Shown: positions 28,630-41,460 of the stretch, in pieces
How the letters are laid out: the number at the start of each line of letters is the position of its first letter
Numbering within the stretch: the stretch's first letter is position 1
Assembly (NCBI GenBank): GCA_963841765.1
Contig: CAWJDZ010000004.1
Coordinates: forward strand, 4,677 to 68,676
Direction of reading: 5' to 3'
DNA length: 64,000 nt
Origin: an uncultured Alphaproteobacteria bacterium
GTDB lineage: Bacteria > Pseudomonadota > Alphaproteobacteria > Rhizobiales > Aestuariivirgaceae
Position numbers and translations under genes: made by a program
Notes under the pieces: generated by a model
Told to the model about the DNA's origin: nothing
What the model saw: the letters and a program-made list of their open reading frames with translations, nothing else
Database searches by the model: none

Positions 28630-29964
28630 GTGTGGATTGACAGCCATGTGCCGTCATTCAGGCGACGTCCGGGCCGTGGCTATGCTGTGGCTGCGGCATT
28701 CGTCGTGATCGCCGCCGGGCTCAAGCTGGCGATGCCCGGCATGCAGCCTTTCCTCACTCTTTATCCGGCGGTGCTGCTAAGCGCCTTTATCGGCGGGCGC
28801 AAGGCCGGCCTCGCCGCCTTCGTCGCCTGCACCGGGCTGGCGATCTACTTTCTCGCCAGTTCCGGCGCAGGCGAGTCCTCAGGGATCTGGGCGGTAGCTG
28901 CTATTATCGCCTTCATGGTCGTTTGCGCGCTGATCCTGTTCGTCGTCGACCTCCTCGAAAAATCGATCCAGCGGCTCGAGCGAGAAAGGCAATCGCTGCA
29001 GCATGAGCGACGGCGGCTCGAGCTCGCCTTCAAGGCGGCGGACATGGCAAGCTGGGAAATCAAACCGGACGGCCAGATCACCTGGGATGACAATTTCTTC
29101 CGCCTCGTCGGGCTCAGTCCGGCCAAAGATGCTCCGACCACCGACCGCTTTGTTGCCATGGTGCATCCGGAAGACCGGGTACGCATGCAGACGGCGCGCG
29201 ACAGTATGGCGCAGGGCGAACCGCCGCCGCCGCGCGATGAATACCGCCTCTTTCGGCCCGATGGACGAATGATCTGGCTCGAGAACCACCGCGTTTCGGT
29301 CGATTCCGCGGGCAAGCATTTCATCGGCATCACGCAAGACGTCACGCGGCGGAAGAAAGCTGAAAAGCGCATCACCATGCTGATGCGTGAGCTCGCCCAT
29401 CGCGTGAAAAACCAATATGCGGTCATTCTCGCGATGATCCGCGAGACCCAGAAACAGGCGCATTCGCTGGAAGACTTCGAGGCCCTGATCCGCTCGCGGA
29501 TCACCGCCCTGTCGCGATCGCATGATCTTCTCGTCCATGGCGAATGGGAACGCGCCGACCTCAATGAACTCATCAGTGCCCATATCGACAGTTTCGGCCT
29601 CGGCGACAGGATCGCGACCGGCGGCCCTGAGGTGCTGCTGTCACCGACCGCCGCGCAATATATCGGCATGGCGCTTCATGAGCTGGCGACCAACGCAGCG
29701 AAGCATGGCGCATTTTCCGTGCCGGCAGGCCGGGTGAGCGTCACCTGGTCGTTCACCGGCGAGGCCGATCAGCGCCGGCTCATATTGCGCTGGGAAGAGA
29801 CCGACGGCCCTCAGCTCAGCGGAGAGATCGCAAGTGGCTTCGGCACCAAGGTCCTCGAGGAACTGACGCCTGCGGCGGTGCACGGCGAAGCCAAGGTCGA
29901 GCACAAAGCTTCCGGGATCGTTTGGGAGCTGAATGCGCCGCAAAGTGGTCTCGACGGCACCTGA
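28630..29964 (+). CDS. HWE/HisKA2-type histidine kinase with DUF4118-like TM sensor and PAS domain
   Basis: RELAHRVKN H-box, HELATNAAKHGA, WEETDGP, SGFGT; PAS VHPEDR..EYR..PDG..IWL. Confidence 0.92.
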   Translation: MWIDSHVPSFRRRPGRGYAVAAAFVVIAAGLKLAMPGMQPFLTLYPAVLLSAFIGGRKAGLAAFVACTGLAIYFLASSGAGESSGIWAVAAIIAFMVVCALILFVVDLLEKSIQRLERERQSLQHERRRLELAFKAADMASWEIKPDGQITWDDNFFRLVGLSPAKDAPTTDRFVAMVHPEDRVRMQTARDSMAQGEPPPPRDEYRLFRPDGRMIWLENHRVSVDSAGKHFIGITQDVTRRKKAEKRITMLMRELAHRVKNQYAVILAMIRETQKQAHSLEDFEALIRSRITALSRSHDLLVHGEWERADLNELISAHIDSFGLGDRIATGGPEVLLSPTAAQYIGMALHELATNAAKHGAFSVPAGRVSVTWSFTGEADQRRLILRWEETDGPQLSGEIASGFGTKVLEELTPAAVHGEAKVEHKASGIVWELNAPQSGLDGT

Positions 29965-30258
29965 CCGGCCGCCCTGGCGGTAGCATGCTGACACGACCTG
30001 TCAGCAATCGCGCCTATGGTGCGATCAAGGCGTCCCTGGTTTCTCATGCTTCAAGGAACAAAACTGCGCCAGAAGCATTTATGACTACACCCCAAGTGAG
30101 TTCGTCCCATGAATGCGATGCTTCAGAGATTTTATCGGTGGTTCCATTCCTTTGATGAGGATGAGCCGCCAAAGATGGTTGTCAACACGCCGGAAGATGG
30201 CGCGCGCATCGGCATGGTCGGGTGGTACTGACCGGCACTTTGTTTTCTCGGGCTGCCT

Positions 30259-30397
30259 TAGGGCGCATCCCGGCGAAGTGGAATCACCTCGCCGATAAGG
30301 ATTCGCGCCAAATCAATATGCTGGAGCAAATCCTTATCGCTAAAGTCTTCAACCCCGGATCGAGTCCGGGGCAGGCCTTTGGCGGGATTTGCTCCAG
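30259..30397 (-). repeat. MITE-like element, family A
   Basis: Reverse-complement copy of 27323-27462. Confidence 0.95.
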
Positions 30398-30436
30398 CAT
30401 CAACGAGGCCACTGACCTCTGCCGGCGTGAGTGGCG

Positions 30437-31105
30437 CTACCGCCGGCTCGACGCGAGGCCGGCAATGACATCCCTGGTCACCGCCACGACACCGAATATG
30501 CCGTCCTCGACCGTCACCATGTAAATCGCCGCTTGATGTGCATAGAAATCGCCGCTGGCGCAGGCATCTTCGATCAGCAGATTCTGGAAATTGCGATCCT
30601 GGGCTTCCCGCAAAGTCGTGTGGACGCACACATCGGTCGTGCAGCCCGCAAACAAGAGATGCGTGATGCCGCGAGCCCGCAGGACACGCTCGAGATCGGT
30701 ATGGGTGAAGGCACCATTCGCCGTCTTGTCGACTATGATGTCGCTGGAATGGACATTGATCTCCGGAGCGATCTCGAAGCCGGGCGAGGAGCGCAGCAGA
30801 GCCTCGGTGTCCTCGAGGCCGGCGCGCCGCCTGCGCCATATTTCATAAGGGGTCATGTCGGCGCGATCGGCCCGATAGCCCTGCCGGGTGTGAATGATGG
30901 TGCAGCCCACCGCACGGGCCGCGGCGATGACGGCGTTCACATTGGGGATGATCGCGCGCAAGGGCGAAGGGTCGTAACCTTTGCGCGCGAAATAGCCGTC
31001 AGATGACAGGAAATCCACCTGCAGGTCGATCACCAGCAAGGCGGTGACGGCAGGATCGAGATTGCCATCATAAGGATAGTCGAAAGGTCGGGCGGCAATG
31101 GGCAT
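30437..31105 (-). CDS. Isochorismatase-like cysteine hydrolase (biuret/guanylurea hydrolase clade)
   Basis: IDLQVDF (Asp), VDK (Lys), TTDVCV (Cys) triad; PFDYPYDG N-terminus and EDGIFG C-terminus. Confidence 0.88.
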   Translation of the reverse strand: MPIAARPFDYPYDGNLDPAVTALLVIDLQVDFLSSDGYFARKGYDPSPLRAIIPNVNAVIAAARAVGCTIIHTRQGYRADRADMTPYEIWRRRRAGLEDTEALLRSSPGFEIAPEINVHSSDIIVDKTANGAFTHTDLERVLRARGITHLLFAGCTTDVCVHTTLREAQDRNFQNLLIEDACASGDFYAHQAAIYMVTVEDGIFGVVAVTRDVIAGLASSRR

Positions 31106-31249
31106 GACGATGTGTCCACATCAATCGAACCAAGCTAGAGGAGGACCGGCGAGCTTGCCAAATTATTTTATCCAGCGAGTTCCCAGAATGGCTGAACAAT
31201 CGAACAGCCATGCACGGCTCGAGTTCGGTACCCGCCCGCGTTCAGCTCA

Positions 31250-31389
31250 CTAGAGCAAATCCCGTCAAAGGCCTGCCCCGGACTCGATCCGGGGTTGAAG
31301 ACTTTGGCGATCAGGATTTGCTCCAAGTTATTGATTTGGCGCGAATCCTTTTCGGCGAAGTGATTCCACTTCGCCGGGATGCGCGCTAG
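31250..31389 (+). repeat. MITE-like element, family A
   Basis: CTAG-bounded copy overlapping the ureG stop codon. Confidence 0.95.
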
Positions 31390-31997
31390 AGACCGCCCAT
31401 CCGAGAAATGGCGGCTGCGATCTCGGCAACACCCTTGTTGCGCAGGAGGTCGGTAAAGACATAGGGGCGATCACCGCGCGCGCGTTCCGTGTCAGCTTTC
31501 ATGACATCGAGATCGGCTCCGACATGCGGAGCCAGATCCATCTTGTTGATGATCAGGAGATCCGAGCGGGTGATGGCGGGGCCGCCTTTGCGCGGAATTT
31601 TTTCGCCCTGGCAGACGCTGATCACATAGAGCGTGAGATCGGCAAGCTCGGGCGAGAAGGTCGCGGCCAGATTGTCGCCACCCAATTCGATGAAGACGAC
31701 GTCGAGACCGGGATGACGCCGATTGAGTTCGGCAATCGCCCCCAGATTGATGGAGGCATCCTCGCGGATCGCCGTATGGGGGCAGCCGCCGGTCTCAACT
31801 CCTATGATGCGGTCCTCCGGAAGCGCCTGCAGCCGATTGAGGATCAGCGCATCCTCCCGAGTGTAGATGTCATTGGTGACGACAGCAATCGACCAGCGCT
31901 GACGCATCATCTTGCAGAGCTTTTCGGTCAGTGTCGTCTTGCCCGAGCCGACGGGGCCACCTATGCCGACACGCAATGGACCGTGAACGCTGCTCAT
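31386..31997 (-). CDS. ureG: Urease accessory GTPase UreG
   Basis: [30 protein letters not shown]. Confidence 0.98.
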   Translation of the reverse strand: MSSVHGPLRVGIGGPVGSGKTTLTEKLCKMMRQRWSIAVVTNDIYTREDALILNRLQALPEDRIIGVETGGCPHTAIREDASINLGAIAELNRRHPGLDVVFIELGGDNLAATFSPELADLTLYVISVCQGEKIPRKGGPAITRSDLLIINKMDLAPHVGADLDVMKADTERARGDRPYVFTDLLRNKGVAEIAAAISRMGGL

Positions 31998-32656
31998 GAC
32001 CTGAACAACCTTACAGCAAGAGTCTCATGCCGCATCGAAGCCATGTCGGCCGCGAAACTGGCACTCCCAAGATCGGCAAGCGACGATTGCGCTGCCTTGC
32101 ACGCGCTCACGACGATCAGACCTTCCAGCGATGCCATGAGGGCGGTTCCCTCCGATTGTCCAAGGGGGATAAGCCTGATCCCCGCCGAGACGAGATTGGC
32201 TGCACAGCCATGAAGATAAGCGATGCAGGCTGCCTCCCTGTCGACCTTCATGGAAGCGGCGGCCGCGCCGATGGCGACGGGATAGGGCATTGAAGGGTCC
32301 TCCGGCATATTCGTCCAGACCTTGGCGGCGATATGAAAGGCGCGACCCTGATCAAGGGTTTCAAGGCGTCGTTCGGCGCTGACCGCCATCGCCTCTCCCC
32401 ATTCCGCCGCCCGGCGCAAGCGCGGCTGGTCTCCAGCAGCCACGGCGTGCCAGGCTTCCGCCAGCAGCACCGCATCGTTCCACAGACTTCCCACGACGAT
32501 CAGGTCCTCGATCCATTCGGCAAGCTCTTGCCGGGACGCGACGACCCTTTCGTGCACGGCATATTCAAGACCATGCGAGTAGCTGAAGGCGCCGACCGGG
32601 AAGGCCGGCGACAGCCAGGTCATCAAACGCAGCATCGCCAGATGATCAATGCTCAT
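31994..32656 (-). CDS. ureF: Urease accessory protein UreF
   Basis: [17 protein letters not shown]; RLIPLGQ; [11 protein letters not shown]. Confidence 0.97.
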   Translation of the reverse strand: MSIDHLAMLRLMTWLSPAFPVGAFSYSHGLEYAVHERVVASRQELAEWIEDLIVVGSLWNDAVLLAEAWHAVAAGDQPRLRRAAEWGEAMAVSAERRLETLDQGRAFHIAAKVWTNMPEDPSMPYPVAIGAAAASMKVDREAACIAYLHGCAANLVSAGIRLIPLGQSEGTALMASLEGLIVVSACKAAQSSLADLGSASFAADMASMRHETLAVRLFRS

Positions 32657-33094
32657 GGCCTGCATGCGCCGAATATGCGCCGCCTTCCGGGTCGAAAGGT
32701 TCGCGCACTTTTCGCACGCGTGCCCCCTGATGTTCGAGCATATGGGCGATGACCGGATCATGACGGATGACGATGCGCGCGGCCTCGATCTGGGCGGCGA
32801 GATGACGGTTGCCGAGGTGCCAGGCGAGTATCATCAGGTGGAGCGAGTCGCGGCCTTTGATCTCGAGCAGATCTTCAGCCTTGGCTTTGACCTCGACCAG
32901 ACGGCCATCCTCGAGAAGGAGCGCGTCGCCATCCTTGAGAAAGGTCGTCACGGCGAGATCGAGAAGAATATCAAGGCCGCCATCGCCTTTCATTGCGATA
33001 CGCCGCCGGCAGCGATGCTCGTAGTCAAGCGTAACTATGTCGGCCGCTATACCGGACCATGTGCCCTTCGATTTGACCGCTTGCGCCCGCATCA

Positions 33095-33095
<1 letters not shown>
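32646..33095 (-). CDS. ureE: Urease accessory protein UreE
   Basis: AWHLGNRH, PFDPEGGAY, short His tail. Confidence 0.97.
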
Positions 33096-34806
<1,711 letters not shown>

Positions 34807-34807
<1 letters not shown>

Positions 34808-35112
34808 CAGAGCTTCCCCATCACAGTGCCGCGAAAACCATAGATCTGGCGCGCGCCGGCCATTGGAACAAGTACCACATCGCGGGTCTGACCAGGCTCG
34901 AACCGCACAGCCGTTCCCGCAGGGATGTCGAGACGGCGGCCGCGTGCCTTGTCGCGATCAAAAACGAGCGCCGGATTGGTTTCATGGAAATGATAGTGCG
35001 AACCGACCTGCACCGGACGATCGCCGCTATTGGCGACTGTCAGCACTATGGCATCGGCACTTTCATTGAGCTCGATATCGCCAGCGGCGGTGATGATTTC
35101 ACCCGGTATCAT
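34807..35112 (-). CDS. ureB: Urease beta subunit
   Basis: [34 protein letters not shown]. Confidence 0.98.
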
Positions 35113-35125
35113 CTGCACTCGCGTC

Positions 35126-35262
35126 CTAGCGCGCATCCCGGCGAAGTGTAATCGCTTCGCCGATAGGGATTTGCGCCATATCAATATATTGGAGCAAATC
35201 CTTATCGCCAAAGTCTTCAACCCCGGATCGAGTCCGGGGCAGGCCTTTGGCGGGATTTGCTC
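35126..35262 (-). repeat. MITE-like element, family A, between ureA and ureB
   Basis: Reverse copy of family A that abuts a family B element. Confidence 0.95.
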
Positions 35263-35427
35263 CTAGTGTCCCGAATCCGAAGTTCGCATCACCTCGCAGC
35301 GTCTTCCGAGCGAACTTCGGATTCGAAAGGACACTAGAAAATCTAATAATTCCAGTGTGCTTTTGAACGCGAAGTTCCTGTTGGTATGACCGGCCAGATA
35401 TCAGGAACTTCGCGTTCAGCACACTAG
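35263..35427. repeat. Palindromic MITE-like element, family B, copy 2
   Basis: CTAGTGT...ACACTAG termini; overlaps the ureA TAG. Confidence 0.92.
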
Positions 35428-35726
35428 CGTATCGGCTCATGAACGGTCACTAGTTTGGTGCCATCAGGAAAGGTCGCCTCGACCTGGACGTCGTAAATCA
35501 TCTCGGCCACACCTTCCATCACCTGGCTGCGGTCGATCACATGGGCGCCGGCCTCCATGAGATCGGCGACGCTGAGGCCATCACGCGCGCCCTCGACCAC
35601 GAAATCGGTGATGAGTGCGATTGCTTCCGGATGATTGAGCTTGACGCCCCGCTCAAGTCTCCGCCGCGCGACCGAAGCCGCCATGGCGATCAAAAGCTTG
35701 TCCCTCTCACGCGGCGTGAGCTGCAT
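35424..35726 (-). CDS. ureA: Urease gamma subunit
   Basis: [31 protein letters not shown]. Confidence 0.99.
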   Translation of the reverse strand: MQLTPRERDKLLIAMAASVARRRLERGVKLNHPEAIALITDFVVEGARDGLSVADLMEAGAHVIDRSQVMEGVAEMIYDVQVEATFPDGTKLVTVHEPIR

Positions 35727-35743
35727 TTCCGCCTCTTTTTCAG

Positions 35744-36556
35744 TCAAACAGCCCAAACTTTCGGCAGTTCTTTACCGCCGCAAAGCCTGATTGCCAACGG
35801 AATAAGCCTTTGCCTGAGGTCATAGGCCCCCTTGGCCGACAGCCTAGCAAGAAACTTGCCAGCAAAAGCGGTGCTGGCAATGTCCGGAAAGTTTTCCCGC
35901 ACGAAGGCGAGATGCTGTTCCGCATCGGGCGCAATGAGCGCCACCGTCGCCAAGGCGCGATCACCCGCGGCAACGGCTCGGCGCTGCAGAAGTTCATCCA
36001 CCTTGCCCTCAAACCGAACATTGTCGGCGAAGACGAGCTTGCCGTCACGGCGGATGGTCCACCGATCATGCACGCTGGCGTGACGGACGGTCTCGCCCAT
36101 GGCGGTACGGCCGAAGACGAAGGCTTCGAGAACAAGGAGACTTGCCCCTGGCGCAAGCTCGGCTTCGAGACTGCGCTCCAGCGCGCAGCCGTCAAACAGG
36201 ATGGTCTCCTGCGGCAGCCAATTGAGATGCGCTTTCTCAGCGAGCCTGATGTTGACCGAGAGCCGCGCCGGCTCACCGTCAAGCGAACGGTAGATGCGCT
36301 CGCAAGCCTGGCTCACGCAAGTGATCGAGGCCATCTTGCCCGCGTGGATGGTCCACGACAAACGGTCACCGCCCGTCAGCCCGCCTGCTGTGTTGATCAA
36401 CACAGCTTCAAAAACGGATGGGTCAGGCGAGACCGGAAACCGGATTTTGGCAGCGCCCGATTGATGCAGCCGATCCAGGACCGAACCTCGCACAGTATGT
36501 TTGACCGAAATTCGCCCCTCGGCTTCGACGCGCTGGAGTTTCATATGAGCTTGCAC
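35744..36556 (-). CDS. ureD: Urease accessory protein UreD
   Basis: [35 protein letters not shown]. Confidence 0.96.
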   Translation of the reverse strand: MQAHMKLQRVEAEGRISVKHTVRGSVLDRLHQSGAAKIRFPVSPDPSVFEAVLINTAGGLTGGDRLSWTIHAGKMASITCVSQACERIYRSLDGEPARLSVNIRLAEKAHLNWLPQETILFDGCALERSLEAELAPGASLLVLEAFVFGRTAMGETVRHASVHDRWTIRRDGKLVFADNVRFEGKVDELLQRRAVAAGDRALATVALIAPDAEQHLAFVRENFPDIASTAFAGKFLARLSAKGAYDLRQRLIPLAIRLCGGKELPKVWAV

Positions 36557-36590
36557 GAGGTGACAATATCCGGGGCCGGCAAAATCTCAA

Positions 36591-37010
36591 CTATTGATCG
36601 AGGTCGCGCCGGCCCATGACGATCACATCGCGAAGCTCATAGCCGAGGGCGGCATAAAAGGCCCGCACCCCGGCATTGTCGGAGCGGATGTTGAGATTGA
36701 CGGCCCAGACGTCGCGCTCCCTGAGCCAGGCCTCGGCGGAGCGCACCGTCGCCTTCCCCCAGCCTCGGCCCTGGATCGCCGGCGTCACCGACACATAATA
36801 AAGCCAGCCGCGATGGCCATCATGACCGACCATGACCGCTGAGACGAGTTTTCCCTCGGCGATGCCGACCAGAATCTCCGAATTTGCCTTGCCGCGGGCG
36901 AAAGCGATATCGCGGCCGGGGTCGTTCCACGATCGCACCAGGCCGCATTCTGTCCACAGGGCGATCACGTCGGCGATGTCAGCGTCTTCGAGCGGGCGAA
37001 ACGCGTTCAT
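36591..37010 (-). CDS. GNAT acetyltransferase (YpeA-like)
   Basis: LVRSWNDP..DI, MVGHDGHRGWLYY, QGRGWG, FYAALGY. Confidence 0.93.
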   Translation of the reverse strand: MNAFRPLEDADIADVIALWTECGLVRSWNDPGRDIAFARGKANSEILVGIAEGKLVSAVMVGHDGHRGWLYYVSVTPAIQGRGWGKATVRSAEAWLRERDVWAVNLNIRSDNAGVRAFYAALGYELRDVIVMGRRDLDQ

Positions 37011-38422
37011 GCCGGCAAAACCTTGTTGGGATTGAGAATACCCTTGGGATCGAAAATCTTCTTGACCTCGCGCATCATCTGCAATTCGACCGGGGATTTG
37101 ATCTTGGTCATCAGATCACGCTTCAACCGGCCGATGCCGTGCTCGGCGCTGATCGAGCCACCGTGCTTCAGCACCACATCGAACACGACGTCATTCATCG
37201 CCTGCCACCGATCGAGGTAAGCGTGCTTGTCCATGCCGACGGGTTGGCTGACATTGAAATGCAGATTGCCATCGCCGATATGGCCGAAGGGCATGGGCCG
37301 CGCGCCCGGCATGAAAGCCGCGATGGCGGCGAAGGCCCTGTCGACAAAGTCCGGAAGCTCGGAGATCGGCACCGATACGTCATGCTTGATCGAACCACCC
37401 TCACGCTTCTGCACCTCGACGATCGCCTGGCGGATGAACCAGATGTCCTTGCGCTGGGCTTCCGACTGGGCGATCGTCGCATCAAGCACGATCCCCTGCT
37501 CCGCCGCTTGCCCCAGGATCTCGGTCATGACGCTGTCAAGATCTCCCGAGCCCGACAACTCGAGCAGCACATACCATGGCGCCGCTTTTGCAAAGGGATC
37601 GCGCACCGGGAAATGCCTGATCGTGAATTCGAAGCCGTTGCGCGGGAAGAGCTCGATTGCGGTCACGCGATTGCTGCTCTTTTGCCGCGCCAAGGTAAGG
37701 AGGTCGAGCGCCGCCTTGACCGACGGCAACGCGACGAAAGCGGTTGCCCGGTCACGCGGATGCGGAAAGAGCTTGAGCACTGCGCCCGTGATGACGCCGA
37801 GCGTGCCTTCGGCGCCAATGAAGAGGTTCTTCAGATCATAGCCTGTATTGTCCTTGCGCAGGCTCTTGAGTCCGTTCCAGATGCGCCCATCCGCCAACAC
37901 CACTTCTAGACCCAGACACAGATCGCGGCTGTTGCCATAGGCCAGAACCCCAAGCCCCCCGGCATTGGTGGAGAGGTTGCCGCCGATGCGGCAAGAACCT
38001 TCCGACTCCAGGCTTAAAGGAAAGAAGCGCTCGGCGCCCTCGGCCGCCTCCTGAACGTTTTTGAGCGTCGCGCCGGCATCGACGGTGATGCTGTTGTTGA
38101 CCGGATCGACGGAGCGGATGCGCGTCATGCGGTCGAGCGACAGAAGCACTTCATCGCCGGTTTCGTAGGGTATCTGACCGCCGACGAGGCCGGTGTTGCC
38201 GCTTTGCGGCACGATCGCCGTCTCTCGCTCGCAAGCGATGGCGAGTATCTTGGAAACTTCGGCCGTCGAAGCCGGCCGCAGCACCAAGGGTGATTTGCCG
38301 GTCCAGATCTCGCGCCATTCCGTCATATAGGCGATCATCTCGTCGGGGTCTCTTATGGCGTATTTGTCGCCGACCACGGCGGCAAGGCGAGCCAAGGTCT
38401 CGGCGTTAGGTCTGACGGGCAT
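37007..38422 (-). CDS. FAD-binding oxidoreductase (D-2-hydroxyacid dehydrogenase-like, VAO family)
   Basis: PQSGNTGLVGG, LRKDNTGYDL, GAEGTLG, GHIGDGNLH, SAEHGIG. Confidence 0.95.
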   Translation of the reverse strand: MPVRPNAETLARLAAVVGDKYAIRDPDEMIAYMTEWREIWTGKSPLVLRPASTAEVSKILAIACERETAIVPQSGNTGLVGGQIPYETGDEVLLSLDRMTRIRSVDPVNNSITVDAGATLKNVQEAAEGAERFFPLSLESEGSCRIGGNLSTNAGGLGVLAYGNSRDLCLGLEVVLADGRIWNGLKSLRKDNTGYDLKNLFIGAEGTLGVITGAVLKLFPHPRDRATAFVALPSVKAALDLLTLARQKSSNRVTAIELFPRNGFEFTIRHFPVRDPFAKAAPWYVLLELSGSGDLDSVMTEILGQAAEQGIVLDATIAQSEAQRKDIWFIRQAIVEVQKREGGSIKHDVSVPISELPDFVDRAFAAIAAFMPGARPMPFGHIGDGNLHFNVSQPVGMDKHAYLDRWQAMNDVVFDVVLKHGGSISAEHGIGRLKRDLMTKIKSPVELQMMREVKKIFDPKGILNPNKVLPA

Positions 38423-38427
38423 CGGAA

Positions 38428-39388
38428 TTACTTCTGGGAGGAGGCGCGAGGGGCGGCAGCGCGCATGAGCCGGTCGTTGATGGCTTCGCCGAGGCCGTGA
38501 GCCGGAATTGGCGCCACGGCGATGATCTCAGGCCCGGCCGCATCGAGTTCATGCAGCAGGCGGAAGAGGTTGGCGGCGGCCTCGGTCAGATCGCCCTTGG
38601 CCGACAGATTCGAATCGCGCCGCTGGCGCCTCGCCGAAAGCGAGATAGGCCTCACCTTCCCGTGCCGCCTTGGCATTGAGGCGCAGCCGTGCCCGCGGAG
38701 CATAGTGGCTTTCGAGCTGCCCCGGTGCCGACGGCTTCTTTGCATCGCCGCCCGAGGCAAGCTTGTGGCCAAGCGCTTTTTCGATGTCCTCGCGAGCCAG
38801 TCCCCCGGGCCGGAGCAAGGTCGCGCGGTCACTCGGAAAGCCGACAATGGTCGATTCCAGCCCGATCTCCGCTGGGCCGCCGTCAAGGATGACGCTGACC
38901 TTTTCGCCAAGCCCTTCCCTGACATGGGTTGCAGTGGTCGGACTGATGCCGCCGGAGGGATTGGCGCTCGGCGCCACAACGGGCCGGCGCGCCGCCTTGA
39001 GCAGCGCCTGCGCCATAGGATGCTTCGGGACGCGCAAGGCAATGGTCGGCAGCCCCGCGGAAGCAAGCAGCGAGGCTGCGCAGCCCTTCCGCCGCGGCAC
39101 CACGAGCGTCAGCGGGCCGGGCCAGAATAGCTTGGCGAGTTCGCTCGCTTCCTCACCGAATTCGCCAAGGGCCGCCGCCTCGTCGAGGGAGGCGACATGC
39201 ACGATCAGCGGATTGAAGCTCGGCCGGTCCTTGGCGGCAAAGACCTTGGCCACCGCCTGATCCTGCGTCGCATCGGCACCGAGCCCGTAAACGGTCTCGG
39301 TCGGAAAGGCGATGAGCTTGCCCCCGATCAGGGCCTCGGCGGCACGGGTGACTGACTGGGTCAGGGCGACTTTCCCGGTTGCAAACAA
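38428..39388 (-). CDS. tsaC: L-threonylcarbamoyladenylate synthase Sua5/TsaC (frameshift near 38615)
   Basis: PTETVYGLGADA, K.RP.FNPLIVH, APSAN, GLESTI, PGQLESHYAP, AINDRL.RAA; start uncertain. Confidence 0.93.
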
Positions 39389-39504
39389 GGGAGCGTCTCT
39401 ATAGCAGCTTGGGGAGGATGACGACACTCCGAACAGCAGATCGGCGCCCGCCCAAATATTCCCTTCCGCTGAGCTTGAACCCGATCTATTCCTAAGCCGT
39501 AGCC

Positions 39505-40485
39505 ATGACGACATTGCTGATCCACCATCATGCCAGCCTCGAGCATGAAAACCCGCCGGGCCATCCCGAACGAGTGGACCGCATCAAGGCCGTCGACCAG
39601 ATCCTTTCGCATTCCCATTTCAAGGCGCTGAAGCGCAAGCAGGCGCCGCTCGGCCGCGATGAGGACATCATGCGGGTTCATCCCGACGGCTATCTCGCCC
39701 AGATCCGCGAAGCTTCGCCTGATGAAGGCTTCGCACAGATCGACATGGACACGTTCATGTCGCCCGGCACGCTCGAGGCCGCGTTGCGTGGCGTCGGCGC
39801 CGCAGTGGGGGGCGTCGATGCCGTCTTCAGCGGTGAAGCGCATAACGTCTTCTGCGCCATGCGTCCGCCCGGCCATCATGCCGAGACGCGCCGGGCCATG
39901 GGCTTCTGCCTGTTCAACAACGCGGCCATTGCCGCCCTCTATGCGCGCGAACGCTATGATGCGGAACGGGTCGCCGTCGTCGATTTCGACGTCCATCACG
40001 GCAATGGCACACAGGACATCTTCTGGGCCGATGGCGACCTTTTCTACGGCTCGACACATCAGATGCCGCTCTATCCGGGCACCGGAGCGGCATCGGAAAC
40101 GGGCGTCGGCAATATTTTCAATGCTCCCTTGCGCGAAGGCCATGGCGGACCGGAATTCCGCAACGCCATGTCCACGATCATCCTGCCCGCCCTCGACGCC
40201 TTCGGCCCTGACCTCGTCATCATCTCGGCGGGCTTCGATGCCCATCGCGCCGATCCGCTGGGCGGGCTCAAGTTCACCGAAGAGGATTTCGTCTGGGCGA
40301 CGCTCAATATCATGACTGTCGCCGACAAGCATGCGGACGGCCGCATTGTATCGGTGCTCGAGGGCGGCTATGACCTCAGGGCTCTGGCCGCTTCGGTCGC
40401 CGTCCATGTCCAGGCCTTGATCCGGGGCAGCGGCGACCTCCTGGCCACGATGCCGGGCGATGAGGATGATGACGATGGCGACTGA
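39505..40485 (+). CDS. Histone deacetylase-family amidohydrolase
   Basis: HPERVDR, RPPGHHA, GFCLFNN, DFDVHHGNGTQ, SAGFDAH..DPL, LEGGY. Confidence 0.96.
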   Translation: MTTLLIHHHASLEHENPPGHPERVDRIKAVDQILSHSHFKALKRKQAPLGRDEDIMRVHPDGYLAQIREASPDEGFAQIDMDTFMSPGTLEAALRGVGAAVGGVDAVFSGEAHNVFCAMRPPGHHAETRRAMGFCLFNNAAIAALYARERYDAERVAVVDFDVHHGNGTQDIFWADGDLFYGSTHQMPLYPGTGAASETGVGNIFNAPLREGHGGPEFRNAMSTIILPALDAFGPDLVIISAGFDAHRADPLGGLKFTEEDFVWATLNIMTVADKHADGRIVSVLEGGYDLRALAASVAVHVQALIRGSGDLLATMPGDEDDDDGD

Positions 40486-40724
40486 AAAAACCGCAATCGG
40501 CGCGATGAGCTTCGAGACGGCACTTGCCGAACTCGAGGATATCGTCGAGAAGCTCGAATCCGGCAAAGTCGATCTCGAAGTCCTCGATCTCCATCTATGA
40601 GCGCGGCGAGGCGCTCAAGAAGCATTGCGAGAAGCTTTTGAAGGATGCCGAGGCGCGTATCGAGAAGATCACGCTCAAGGCCGATGGCACGCCCTCCGGC
40701 ACGGAACCCCTGGATCCAGGTTGA
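40475..40724 (+). CDS. xseB: Exodeoxyribonuclease VII small subunit (frameshift near 40580)
   Basis: [51 protein letters not shown]. Confidence 0.92.
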
Positions 40725-41460
40725 CGCGCCTGAGGCTCGATGAAGCGCTGGTCGCGCGGGGCTTCTATCACGACGCGCTCGCGGGCGCGCGATGCCGTCA
40801 AGCGAGGAACCGTGACGGTCGATGGCGAGACTGCCGCGAAGCCTGCACAGCCGGTGGCCGATGACGCGGTCATTGCCATCGCCGATCAGGCCCGCGCCTA
40901 TGTCTCGCGCGCCGCTCTCAAGCTCAGGCACGCACTCGATCATTTTGTACTCTCGCCCGAAGGCCTCAACTGTCTTGATATCGGTGCCTCGACAGGCGGC
41001 TTCAGCGAAGTCCTGCTGGAACGAGGGGCCCGTCATGTCACGGCCATCGATGTCGGTCATGGCCAGTTCGCGCCGGCTCTCGCCCGCGATCCGCGCATTA
41101 GCTTGTGGGAAGGACTGAATGCGCGCGATCTCGAGCCCCGGCATTTGACAGGGCCGCTCGATTTCATCGTTTGTGACGTGAGCTTCATCTCGCTCAAGCT
41201 GGCTTTGCCCCGGGCGCTCGATCTCGCAGCGCCTGGCGCGAAGCTCGTCGGTCTCATCAAGCCGCAATTCGAAGCCGGGCGTGCGGCGCTCGGACGAGAT
41301 GGCATCGTCAAGGACGAGCTGGCGCAGCGGCAGGTTTGCGACGATATCGAAGTTCTGGCTTAAGGCTCGGACCTGGAGTGTGCTAGGCTTGCTCAAATCG
41401 CCGCTGCAAGGCGGCAGCGGCAACGAAGAGTTCCTGATTGCCGCGGAGAAATCTGCATGA
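40721..41460 (+). CDS. tlyA: TlyA-family rRNA methyltransferase (two frameshifts)
   Basis: [11 protein letters not shown]4 domain, [40 protein letters not shown]. Confidence 0.92.

Noticed and set aside
31194-31205. GAAC-aatc-GAAC as a LexA box upstream of the cysteine hydrolase
   Set aside because: The spacer is 4 nt rather than the required 7.
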